Source of the DNA: Pirellulales bacterium
GTDB taxonomy: Bacteria > Planctomycetota > Planctomycetia > Pirellulales > JADZDJ01
Assembly: GCA_035656635.1 (NCBI GenBank)
Contig: DASRSD010000158.1
Coordinates: 32,778-96,777 of the forward strand
Length of the DNA: 64,000 nt
Direction: 5' to 3'
The notes under the pieces were generated by a model. The model had not been told where the DNA came from and did no database searches. It saw nothing but the letters and a program-made list of their open reading frames with translations. Positions 56,499 through 64,000 of this stretch are shown piece after piece. The position numbers were made by a program, and so were the translations under genes. How positions within the stretch are numbered: position 1 is the stretch's first letter; each line of letters begins with the position of its first letter.

Positions 56499-58202
56499 AT
56501 GAATGCGCAGCCGCAAAGCAATGAGGCCAATGAAACAGCCCGCTCACTGGTGCGCACAGCCTCTAAGTTAGCGGTAATCTGCTTGCCGCGACTGGTTCGC
56601 TTTCGAAATGTGGCTTTCGTGGCGGTCGCGCTAACGGCCCTTAGTGGCTGCACGACGAGTTTTCCCCAATGGGTACACAATGGCTTTAAGGTGGGGCCGA
56701 ATTATGCGCCTCCTGCCGCTCCTTTGGAGGCACAGTGGATCGATGCCACCGATCTACGGTTATTGACCGGACCCGTGGAAATTCGCGAGTGGTGGACAGT
56801 GTTCAACGACCAGACGTTAAACGGATTGATCGAGACGGCATATCGGCAAAACCTTGATCTCAAAACGGCCGGCCAACGCATTTTGGAGGCCCGGGCACAG
56901 CGGAACATCGCGGCCGGAAATTTGTTTCCGCAGTCGCAAAGCGCCGATGCGCTGTATGCCCACGCCCAATTGCCCGACAACGGCGCGTTGGCATTGCCGA
57001 GCACTCTCAACTTGTGGGCCACGGGTTTTAATTTATCGTGGGAGCTCGATTTTTGGGGCCGCTATCGACGCACTGTGGAAGCTGCCGATGCCGATTACGA
57101 CGCCCGCGTTGAAGATTATCACGATGCAATCGTTATGTTGCTTTCGGAAGTTGCGACCAATTATGTGCAAATGCGAACATACGAGCAGCGATTGCAGTTC
57201 GCAGCGCAAAATGTGGAGATTCAAAAAGGATCGACCCAAATTGCAGAAGAGCGCTTTACCAAAGGCGTGGCCACCGAATTAGACGTTCGACAAGCGCGTT
57301 CCAATTTGCGGCAAACCGAGTCGTTGATTCCGCCGTTGGTTACCGGCCGCTGGCAGGCTGCCAACGCCTTGTGCGTGTTGTTGGGCATGCCTCCCACAGA
57401 CTTGGCAATACAACTGGGCGCGGCGCCCATTCCAAAAGCGCCTGCCGAAGCGGCCGTGGGGATTCCTGCCGAATTGTTGCGGCGACGCCCTGACGTGCGA
57501 AAGGCGGAACGGAAAGTTGCTGCGGAGTGCGCGCGCATTGGGGTGGCCGAGGCCGACTTGTATCCGCGGTTTTCGATCGATGGGTTTGTAGGCGTAACGG
57601 CCAATCAAATTAGTCAGTTGTTTGAGCCCAGCAGCTTTACTGGAATTGTTGCGCCTGTGGTTCAATGGAACATATTGAACTACGGCCGAATCATCAACAA
57701 CGTGCACGCACAAGACGCCCGGTTTCAAGCGTCCGTGCTGCAGTACCAGCAAATTGGGCTGACTTCACAGCGCGAGGTGGAAAACGCCCTCGTGGGCTTT
57801 TTGCAATCTCAACAACAGGCCGTGAGCCTGGAGCAAGGAGTCGGGGAGACATCGCGCTCGGTCGCGTTGGTAACGGAGCAATTTCAAGGAGGGCTGACCG
57901 ATTTCAATCGGGTTTACAACACTGAGTCGTTATTGGTGACACAGCAAGACCAGCTGGCGCAAACCCTCGGCAATATCGCCGCGAATTTGATTGAAGTGTA
58001 TCGTGCCTTGGGAGGTGGATGGCAATCCTTTGACTGCCATTCGCCTCCGCATGCTGAAAATGTAGTTCCTAGCGCCGTTTCTTCCGTGAAGCCGCCGGAG
58101 GAAATTTTGGCCCCCGAAAAACAGGTGCCGCTGCCGTTGATTCTGCCTGCACCCCAGGACGCGAAAAGCCCGTCGCCTGGCGCTGCCCCGGCCAAGCCTT
58201 AG
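56499..58202 (+). CDS. efflux transporter outer-membrane factor lipoprotein (NodT/OprM family)
   Basis: Lipobox LTALSGC, WWTVFNDQTLNGLIETAYRQNLDLKTA, and a duplicated alpha-barrel/beta-barrel repeat pattern. The start choice (56499 versus the TTG at 56400) is uncertain. Confidence 0.85.
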   Translation: MNAQPQSNEANETARSLVRTASKLAVICLPRLVRFRNVAFVAVALTALSGCTTSFPQWVHNGFKVGPNYAPPAAPLEAQWIDATDLRLLTGPVEIREWWTVFNDQTLNGLIETAYRQNLDLKTAGQRILEARAQRNIAAGNLFPQSQSADALYAHAQLPDNGALALPSTLNLWATGFNLSWELDFWGRYRRTVEAADADYDARVEDYHDAIVMLLSEVATNYVQMRTYEQRLQFAAQNVEIQKGSTQIAEERFTKGVATELDVRQARSNLRQTESLIPPLVTGRWQAANALCVLLGMPPTDLAIQLGAAPIPKAPAEAAVGIPAELLRRRPDVRKAERKVAAECARIGVAEADLYPRFSIDGFVGVTANQISQLFEPSSFTGIVAPVVQWNILNYGRIINNVHAQDARFQASVLQYQQIGLTSQREVENALVGFLQSQQQAVSLEQGVGETSRSVALVTEQFQGGLTDFNRVYNTESLLVTQQDQLAQTLGNIAANLIEVYRALGGGWQSFDCHSPPHAENVVPSAVSSVKPPEEILAPEKQVPLPLILPAPQDAKSPSPGAAPAKP

Positions 58203-58221
58203 CTTGCCCGCGCGAAATCGC

Positions 58222-59841
58222 TCAATGCATTGCCACTTGGCCCGGCTGCGATTTGCGCAAGAGGAACACCACGGGCACAATCAGCAGCGCGGCCCAAGCG
58301 AGCAGATAAAAAATATCCAAGTAGGAAAGCATGCTCACCTGACGCTGCATGGCCTGATTCAAAGCCGCCAGCGGTGTTTTGTCGCCGTGCGGCACCAAGT
58401 GGCTGATATGACCAATGGCCTGCCGATAGGTCGCGTCGAATGGGGTCAAGTGTTCGACCAAGCGAACTTGATGGAATTGGCTCCGACGGGCCAGCCATGT
58501 TTGGGCCCAGGAAATGCCGATGCTGCCGCCCAGGTTGCGGGCCAGGTTAATTAGTGCCGAGGCATTATTGTTTTTTCCCTCGGGAAGCCCGACGTACGCC
58601 ACGGTGGTGACCGGCACAAACAGAAATGCAATTCCGGCCGCCTGGAAAATCCGCGCCCAAACAAAGTGGGCGAAATTGACATCGGTATTGAAGCCGGCCA
58701 GATGAAACATTGCCAGGCACTCAATCATCCAACCGAAGGCGATGATGACACGCGCTTGAATTCTTCGCAAAAGGATTGCGACTACCGGCATCAGCAACAT
58801 GACGCCAATTCCGCCTGGAGTAATGACCAATCCGGCTTGCGTGGCGGTGTAGCCAAATACTTCCTGCACTAATTGAGGCAGCAGTTGGGTGGTGCCAAAC
58901 AAAATAAAACCGACTGCAAGCATGATGATGTTGGAAGCCAAAAAGCCGCGATTGCGCAATAGCGGCAAATCGACAACCGGATCCCGGCACGTTAATTCAC
59001 GGATAACAAGCAGCACCAACGAGACCACGGAAATCACGCTGAAGGCGACGATAAAGGTGGACGAAAACCAATCGTCGCGCTGGCCTTTGTCGAGCACAAC
59101 CTGCAAGCACCCCAGGCCAATTGCCACCAGGCCAAAGCCGAGGTAGTCGACGTGAATGCCGCGCGCCCACATTTTTTTGCGGTTTTCTTTTTCGGCAGGC
59201 GGCTCCACCAGAAAGAAATAAGTTAACGCCAGCGACACAAGGCCCACGGGCAAATTGATAAAAAACACCCAGCGCCACGAGTAGTTGTCGGTGATCCAGC
59301 CGCCCAGCGTCGGTCCAATAACGGGCGCTACCACCACGGCAACTCCGTACAGCGCAAACGCCATTCCGCGTTGTTCGGCGGGAAACGAATCGGCCAAAAT
59401 GGATTGCTCGCTCGGAGCCAGCCCCCCGCCGCCAATTCCCTGCAGCACGCGGAAAAAAATCAACAGCTCCAACGAGGGCGCCATGCCGCACAAAAACGAA
59501 CTGACGGTAAACATCATGACGCACGCCATGTAAAACCGTTTGCGACCAATCACGCTCCCCAGCCAGCCGCTAATCGGCAATACAATGGCGTTCGAAACCA
59601 AGTAGCTGGTGAGAATCCACGTCGATTCATCCACCGAAGCGGCCATGCTGCCGGCAATGTGCCGCAGCGATACATTGGCGATGCTGACATCCAGGACTTC
59701 CATGAATGTCGCAATCGACACAATCACAGCAATGGACCACGGACTGCGTCCGCCAGCCAGCGACAAGGGCAAATCTTGGCCACCGCCGCGCGGTTGCAAT
59801 TTTGTTCGGTCCGCCGGCGGATGTTCCGATTCAGATGACAT
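58222..59841 (-). CDS. MFS DHA2-family multidrug efflux permease (EmrB/QacA-like, 14 TM)
   Basis: FMEVLDVSIANVSLRHIAGS, LQGIGGGGL and GPTLGGWITDNYSWRWVFFINLPVG are hallmarks of EmrB-type pumps. Confidence 0.9.
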   Translation of the reverse strand: MSSESEHPPADRTKLQPRGGGQDLPLSLAGGRSPWSIAVIVSIATFMEVLDVSIANVSLRHIAGSMAASVDESTWILTSYLVSNAIVLPISGWLGSVIGRKRFYMACVMMFTVSSFLCGMAPSLELLIFFRVLQGIGGGGLAPSEQSILADSFPAEQRGMAFALYGVAVVVAPVIGPTLGGWITDNYSWRWVFFINLPVGLVSLALTYFFLVEPPAEKENRKKMWARGIHVDYLGFGLVAIGLGCLQVVLDKGQRDDWFSSTFIVAFSVISVVSLVLLVIRELTCRDPVVDLPLLRNRGFLASNIIMLAVGFILFGTTQLLPQLVQEVFGYTATQAGLVITPGGIGVMLLMPVVAILLRRIQARVIIAFGWMIECLAMFHLAGFNTDVNFAHFVWARIFQAAGIAFLFVPVTTVAYVGLPEGKNNNASALINLARNLGGSIGISWAQTWLARRSQFHQVRLVEHLTPFDATYRQAIGHISHLVPHGDKTPLAALNQAMQRQVSMLSYLDIFYLLAWAALLIVPVVFLLRKSQPGQVAMH

Positions 59842-59868
59842 TGGTAGCGCTCGTCATCGGGAGGCTCG

Positions 59869-61032
59869 CTATTGCTGGCCCGTTGCCTTGGGACCATCTA
59901 CTTGAGCGGTCGTCGATTGCATTTGCGACGAGCCGGTTTTTCGAATGCTAACCGTGGGAATAACCGACATGCCCGGGCCTAACACCATGTCGTCCGGAAT
60001 CGGTTGGTCGAAGGCAATTTTGACCGGAACGCGTTGCACCACTTTAACGTAATTGCCGGTTGCGTTTTCCGGCGGCAGCGCGCTGAACCTGGCTCCGGTT
60101 CCGCGCTGGAAGCTATCGATGTGGGCCTGAAGCTTCCGGCCAGGGTACGCATCGAAGGTGATTTCGACCGACTGCCCGCTTCGCATTTGAGTCAATTGCG
60201 TTTCTTTGAAATTGGCGGTGACCCATAAATTTGGATCGACCAAAGCAAACAGCGGCTGGCCCGGTTCAATATAATCGCCCAGCTCCACGGTGCGGTGCGT
60301 GACCCGGCCCTGAATCGGCGACACAATTTTTGTATACGAGAGATTTAGTTTTGCCTGGCCCACTTTGACCAACGCTTGCTTGACATCGGCTTGGGCACTC
60401 GCCAATTGGGCTTTGGCTAATCTGATTTGCTCGGCCGCAGAATCTGCCCGGGCTTTCGCCGCTGCGGTCTGCGCCACGGACGACTTGGCGGTAGCCGCGG
60501 ACGAATCGAGCGTTTGCTGGCTTACCGAACGAGGCGTGAGGCGGTTATTTCGCTCGTAATCTTGTTGGGCGTTTTCGGCCGTGGCCTGCGCAGCCAGCAC
60601 TTGAGCATCGTCGGCGGCAGCCTCGGCAATGGCCGCATCGACCCGGGCCTTTCCCTGCGCTTCCGCTCCCAGGGCCGATGCCGCCGCCGCCTGGGCATTG
60701 GCTAAGGCGATGTCGTAGTCGCGTGAATCAATTTCCAGCAACGTATCGCCTGCATTCACCAGCTGGTTGTCGTCGATCAAAAGTTTGGCAACGTAACCCG
60801 ATATTTTTGGCGCGACTTGCACAGTGTGGCCGTCGATAAACGCATCGTCGGTCGATTCGAATTGTCGCGCGTACAACCACCACGCCGCGCCGACAATCAC
60901 CACGACGACCACTCCGCCGATGAGCCCGAACATTAAGAACGGCCGCTGGTAGATGGGCTTACTGGGACGGCGTTTTTCTTTTCCCTCGTCGCCGTGTTCG
61001 GACTTCTGCGGATCGGCAGGTTCGTTAGACAT
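59869..61032 (-). CDS. HlyD/EmrA-family periplasmic adaptor
   Basis: Single N-terminal TM helix, FIDGHTVQVAPKISGYV, a long coiled-coil, and QGRVTHRTVELGDYI. It lies immediately upstream of the EmrB-like gene. Confidence 0.85.
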   Translation of the reverse strand: MSNEPADPQKSEHGDEGKEKRRPSKPIYQRPFLMFGLIGGVVVVVIVGAAWWLYARQFESTDDAFIDGHTVQVAPKISGYVAKLLIDDNQLVNAGDTLLEIDSRDYDIALANAQAAAASALGAEAQGKARVDAAIAEAAADDAQVLAAQATAENAQQDYERNNRLTPRSVSQQTLDSSAATAKSSVAQTAAAKARADSAAEQIRLAKAQLASAQADVKQALVKVGQAKLNLSYTKIVSPIQGRVTHRTVELGDYIEPGQPLFALVDPNLWVTANFKETQLTQMRSGQSVEITFDAYPGRKLQAHIDSFQRGTGARFSALPPENATGNYVKVVQRVPVKIAFDQPIPDDMVLGPGMSVIPTVSIRKTGSSQMQSTTAQVDGPKATGQQ

Positions 61033-61229
61033 GGGGACAGCAACACTGTATTAGAGAATGGCAAATCAGGCGGATGAGCGCTAACGGAGATTCCCTTGAA
61101 TTGTAATTACCGTTGCTCTTAGCCGCTCTAATAGCAGGTGTTGTGCCCAGCGACTTTTTCATAGTGCTGATCGTAAACCAGCGAAATTCGTGGCAGTTTT
61201 GCGACCAACATGATTATCTTTCTGTCAGT

Positions 61230-61271
61230 CTTGGTTTCAAATCCCAATGGCCTGACTGATGTTTGCGCTAT
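61230..61271 (+). repeat. degenerate tRNA-Lys 3' half plus flank core (att-like), copy 2
   Basis: cttggtttcaaatcccaatggcctgactgatgtttgcgctat is identical to tRNA-Lys positions 54064-54105 at 35 of 42 positions in an ungapped hand alignment. There is no 5' half of a tRNA upstream. Confidence 0.65.
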
Positions 61272-61465
61272 ATAAATCTTCTAAACCATAATGATCGTTA
61301 TACTAGATTGCTCGAAGCCTACTTCGACCATTTGGTTTCTCCGTTGATAAAAATAATCTTGGCGTTCTGCGATTTGCGTTGAGAGGTCTGGCGTATTGAT
61401 CTTTTGTCAGCAAAGCAGCAACAGTATGCTGGACGTTTGGACAGTTCCAAAACTATAATTTTTAT

Positions 61466-62125
61466 ATGTGCGGACGATTCACACTACGCCGGCGGTTGAA
61501 CAACATACTGCAAGAATTCGCTGCGGAGGTTCGGGGCGAGCCATTTGAGCTATTCGGGCGATTTAATATCTGCCCAACGAATCAAGTGCCGCTAATTCGG
61601 CAAACGGATACCGGCCGCGAACTGTCAACAGTGCAATGGGGCTTCGTGCCATCGTGGGCCAAAGACGCCAAACTCTGCCCGATCAATGCGGTAAGTGAAA
61701 CAATCGCCACAAAACCAATGTTCCGCAGTGCAATTAAAAAACGTCGCTGCCTGGTACTCGCAGACGGCTTCTACGAATGGAAAAAGATACCGAAGAAAAT
61801 TAAGGGCGACGCGCCGTGGCTGTTCCAGGTGAAGGGCGGCGAACCGTTCGCGTTTGCCGGCGTTTGGGAACGGTGGGGAAAATCGTTGGAATCATGCGCG
61901 ATTCTAACAACTGCTGCAAACGAGCTAATGGCCCCGATTCACGACAGGTTGCCAGTCATTTTATCGCCTGGCGACTACGATGCCTGGCTTGATCCGGCAA
62001 TGAATGATCCAGACAAGCTCACCTATTTTTATGAGCCATTCCCAGCCAGCGAAATGTCAAAAGTGCGAGTTAGCGCTTATGTGAATAAGGCAGGCAATGA
62101 AGGTGAAAAGTGCATTGAGCCATAA
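61466..62125 (+). CDS. SOS-response-associated peptidase (SRAP/YedK family)
   Basis: N-terminal MCGRF (catalytic Cys2), and ADGFYEW. GC is visibly lower than the core genes. Confidence 0.85.
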   Translation: MCGRFTLRRRLNNILQEFAAEVRGEPFELFGRFNICPTNQVPLIRQTDTGRELSTVQWGFVPSWAKDAKLCPINAVSETIATKPMFRSAIKKRRCLVLADGFYEWKKIPKKIKGDAPWLFQVKGGEPFAFAGVWERWGKSLESCAILTTAANELMAPIHDRLPVILSPGDYDAWLDPAMNDPDKLTYFYEPFPASEMSKVRVSAYVNKAGNEGEKCIEP

Positions 62126-62171
62126 CAGGTCAAGTGAGAAATCCTAAAAGAATTTTCATATTACGTGTGAA

Positions 62172-63071
62172 ATGTCCATTCCTCGATTTAAATTAACCGA
62201 CGACTCAATCGTCAAGCGGCTGCGCTGGGTCATGATTGCCGCAATGCTGTTCAGTATGTACAACACGTTGGCCGGGCAGCCAGCACGTTTTTGGCTCAAT
62301 CCTGAACAAGCGATCCGCGGCGACGGCCTGCGCCTCCACAATTCCGTCAATCATACTTTTGAATTTTTCCTGAGCCGGGGCTGGCAGCTTTATGCGCTCT
62401 CTTGCCTGATTTACATGGCGCTGGCGTTCGTTGTCGTGTCCATCCTGCCCCGGAAGGCGGCGCTGGTGGCCGGTTTGTCCGTCATTTTTGGCCATTACTA
62501 CGGGTCGTGTAACTGGTTGGCCGTGCGCTGGCATCTGGGTTTTGACGGCGTGGGCTTGTACGCCCTGCTGTTGAGTGCGGCGATTGCCTGGGTGGTTTCT
62601 CCGATTCCCAACCAGACGGGCGATGAAATCCTCCGGCGGCTCCGCTGGGTGATGTTTGGCGTGATGCTTTTTGATCCGATTCTCACCCTGATAGGCCAAC
62701 CTGGCTCGTATTGGGCGCATCCAGAAACCGTGCATGAGGCCAACGGGTTTTGGCGCTGGTTCATGGTGCGGGGCTGGTCGGATTTTGTGCTGATGCACCT
62801 GCTTTACGACCTAGGCGCGTTTTGGCTGGCCTCAACTCTTCCGAGACGTTATGCGGTGGTGATAATTTTCGCATTTACATTTGGCCATTTTGACGGCGCA
62901 TCGAATTGGTTGTTCTACGAATGGAGACTGGGTATCGAAACGCCGGTCATTTACGGAATCGTTTTGAGTTCGATCATCGTTTTCCTTTCATTTCGCCGCA
63001 GCAAAGAACCAAATTCTATGACTGAGAATTCGCCCGCGTCGACGGCTGCCGCCCGTACGGTCTGCTGTTGA
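62172..63071 (+). CDS. hypothetical membrane protein made of two homologous halves
   Basis: RLRWVMIAAMLF...GQPARFWLNPE...FGHYYGSCNWL repeats as RLRWVMFGVMLF...GQPGSYWAHPE...FGHFDGASNWL. Confidence 0.6.
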   Translation: MSIPRFKLTDDSIVKRLRWVMIAAMLFSMYNTLAGQPARFWLNPEQAIRGDGLRLHNSVNHTFEFFLSRGWQLYALSCLIYMALAFVVVSILPRKAALVAGLSVIFGHYYGSCNWLAVRWHLGFDGVGLYALLLSAAIAWVVSPIPNQTGDEILRRLRWVMFGVMLFDPILTLIGQPGSYWAHPETVHEANGFWRWFMVRGWSDFVLMHLLYDLGAFWLASTLPRRYAVVIIFAFTFGHFDGASNWLFYEWRLGIETPVIYGIVLSSIIVFLSFRRSKEPNSMTENSPASTAAARTVCC

Positions 63072-63200
63072 GGATATGAAACCTCACCGTGCGGCGTCGA
63101 TAAGAGCCATCATCGCCCGGCGGATGGGCGTTGGGCAGCTTGGGATAGACGGCAGCGCCAAGACGCCCAGCACGAAGGTGCTTGGCTCGGGGACGGCTGC

Positions 63201-63320
63201 TCTCACTGATGTTTGCACGATCTATTGGGGTGCGGTGATCATAGGGCGCTGCTCTCGTGGGAACGTGCAAGCGATTGGCGGGAAAAAACACTGCTGAAGG
63301 CAGCAGTGGCGTCCGCGCGA
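63201..63320 (+). repeat. tRNA-Lys 3'-flank repeat, copy 3 (long form)
   Basis: tctcactgatgtttgcacga... with the hairpin cactgctg-aagg-cagcagtg at 63289-63308. The hairpin is at the same offset (108 nt) as in copy 1. Confidence 0.75.
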
Positions 63321-63486
63321 TTTGCTGCGTGTTGCCGATCCGTTTGCAAACAACAGGCAACGGGGTGATCCTTGTGATAACCCATGGGTGCGACGAATCG
63401 CAGCGTGGCACGGAAATATCTGAGGCGGCGGGGCCATTGAAAGGCTCGGGCAACTGCATACGATTTATGCGGGGAGGGCTTCCGCA

Positions 63487-63867
63487 ATGAAACTGCGTGT
63501 CTTGATCGTGGATGACAGCCGGGATGCGTTGCATCTTCTTGATCGTTTAATGGCTCATCACGACTGCGAAATTCGCACCTGCCAGGATAGCGTAAACGCT
63601 GTGCAAACAGTGCAGGAATTCATACCGCACGTTATTTTTCTGGACATTGCAATGCCCGGCTTAGATGGCTTCGAGGTGGCCGAAGATTTGCACGACCTTA
63701 ATCTGCCAAATTACCTGCTAGTTGCGCTTACCAGCCACAGCGATGAACCACATCGCAAGGAATGTGAAGCATCCGGCTTTGAACTGTTCTTATCCAAACC
63801 GGTTTCCATTGAGGACGTTGGACACGTAATTCAGTTGGCAAAAAAGCGGTTTCTAGCGACAATCTGA
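63487..63867 (+). CDS. stand-alone response-regulator receiver domain protein
   Basis: VLIVDDS, the phospho-acceptor context VIFLDIAMPGLDG, LVALTSH and LSKP. GGGGAGGG lies upstream. Confidence 0.85.
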   Translation: MKLRVLIVDDSRDALHLLDRLMAHHDCEIRTCQDSVNAVQTVQEFIPHVIFLDIAMPGLDGFEVAEDLHDLNLPNYLLVALTSHSDEPHRKECEASGFELFLSKPVSIEDVGHVIQLAKKRFLATI

Positions 63868-63959
63868 CGCGGTGGGCTTTAACAAAACCGCCGTCTAAAC
63901 ACCAATCGCCCAAACACAAACGCGGCCAGCACAAAAGTGCTGTGTTGCGGTAGGGCTGT

Positions 63960-64000
63960 TCTCACTGATGTTTGCGCTACCATTGGGAGCCGGCAATAAC
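63960..64000 (+). repeat. tRNA-Lys 3'-flank repeat, copy 4 (truncated by the window end)
   Basis: tctcactgatgtttgcgctaccattgggagccgg parallels copy 1 (tctcactgatgtttgcgctatccactagggggagg). Confidence 0.6.

Noticed and set aside
62205-62798. 197-aa minus-strand ORF antisense to the duplicated-half membrane protein
   Set aside because: It has His/Arg/Pro/Gln-rich composition with no hydrophobic pattern. The plus-strand frame shows an internally consistent two-fold repeat that a non-coding frame would not preserve.
54090-64000. Calling the tRNA-Lys-proximal region a defined integrative element or prophage
   Set aside because: No integrase, excisionase, conjugation or phage structural gene is visible in the window. 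I report the repeat architecture as a finding but do not annotate a mobile_element feature.

Overview
High-GC bacterial chromosomal window. The gene content looks Planctomycetota-like, which is an inference from a DUF1559-style prepilin protein, GYF_2/zinc-ribbon and HEAT-repeat proteins, proline-rich secreted proteins and small cysteine-rich peptides. About 0-24 kb and 26-52 kb are mostly housekeeping or ordinary accessory genes. These include a mutS fragment, an isolated fliG, queD, ppk1, a J-protein, rnpA, scpA, sucCD, an HDAC-family enzyme, an FHA-adenylate cyclase, a GlpT-like MFS transporter, STAS and RsbW-like partner-switching parts, a penicillin-acylase-family protein, a Ser/Thr kinase, a GGDEF protein, rlmI, an OYE flavoenzyme and an HTTM protein. 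Three tRNAs are present: Leu-CAG, Ala-GGC and Lys-UUU. The most unusual items are listed below. (1) Two adjacent monocistronic genes at 24.8-25.9 kb encode extremely Cys-rich exported peptides; one is built of CCCGG repeats around an HHHHHRHH tract. A third Cys-rich peptide gene lies at 44.3 kb. (2) The tRNA-Lys gene is followed by four direct copies of its 3' flank, including a degenerate tRNA 3' half. These copies divide 54-64 kb into cassette-like, lower-GC modules, and no integrase is in view. (3) A tightly coupled pair of paralogous Pro-rich proteins looks like outer-membrane beta-barrels. (4) A 78-nt palindromic repeat occurs twice in opposite orientations, each just upstream of a gene start. 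(5) Several enzymes carry substitutions in canonical motifs: DGDEF, FxxxK in an SDR, and GDLDVD in a PHP-like protein. All functional calls come from reading the translations. No database search was run.
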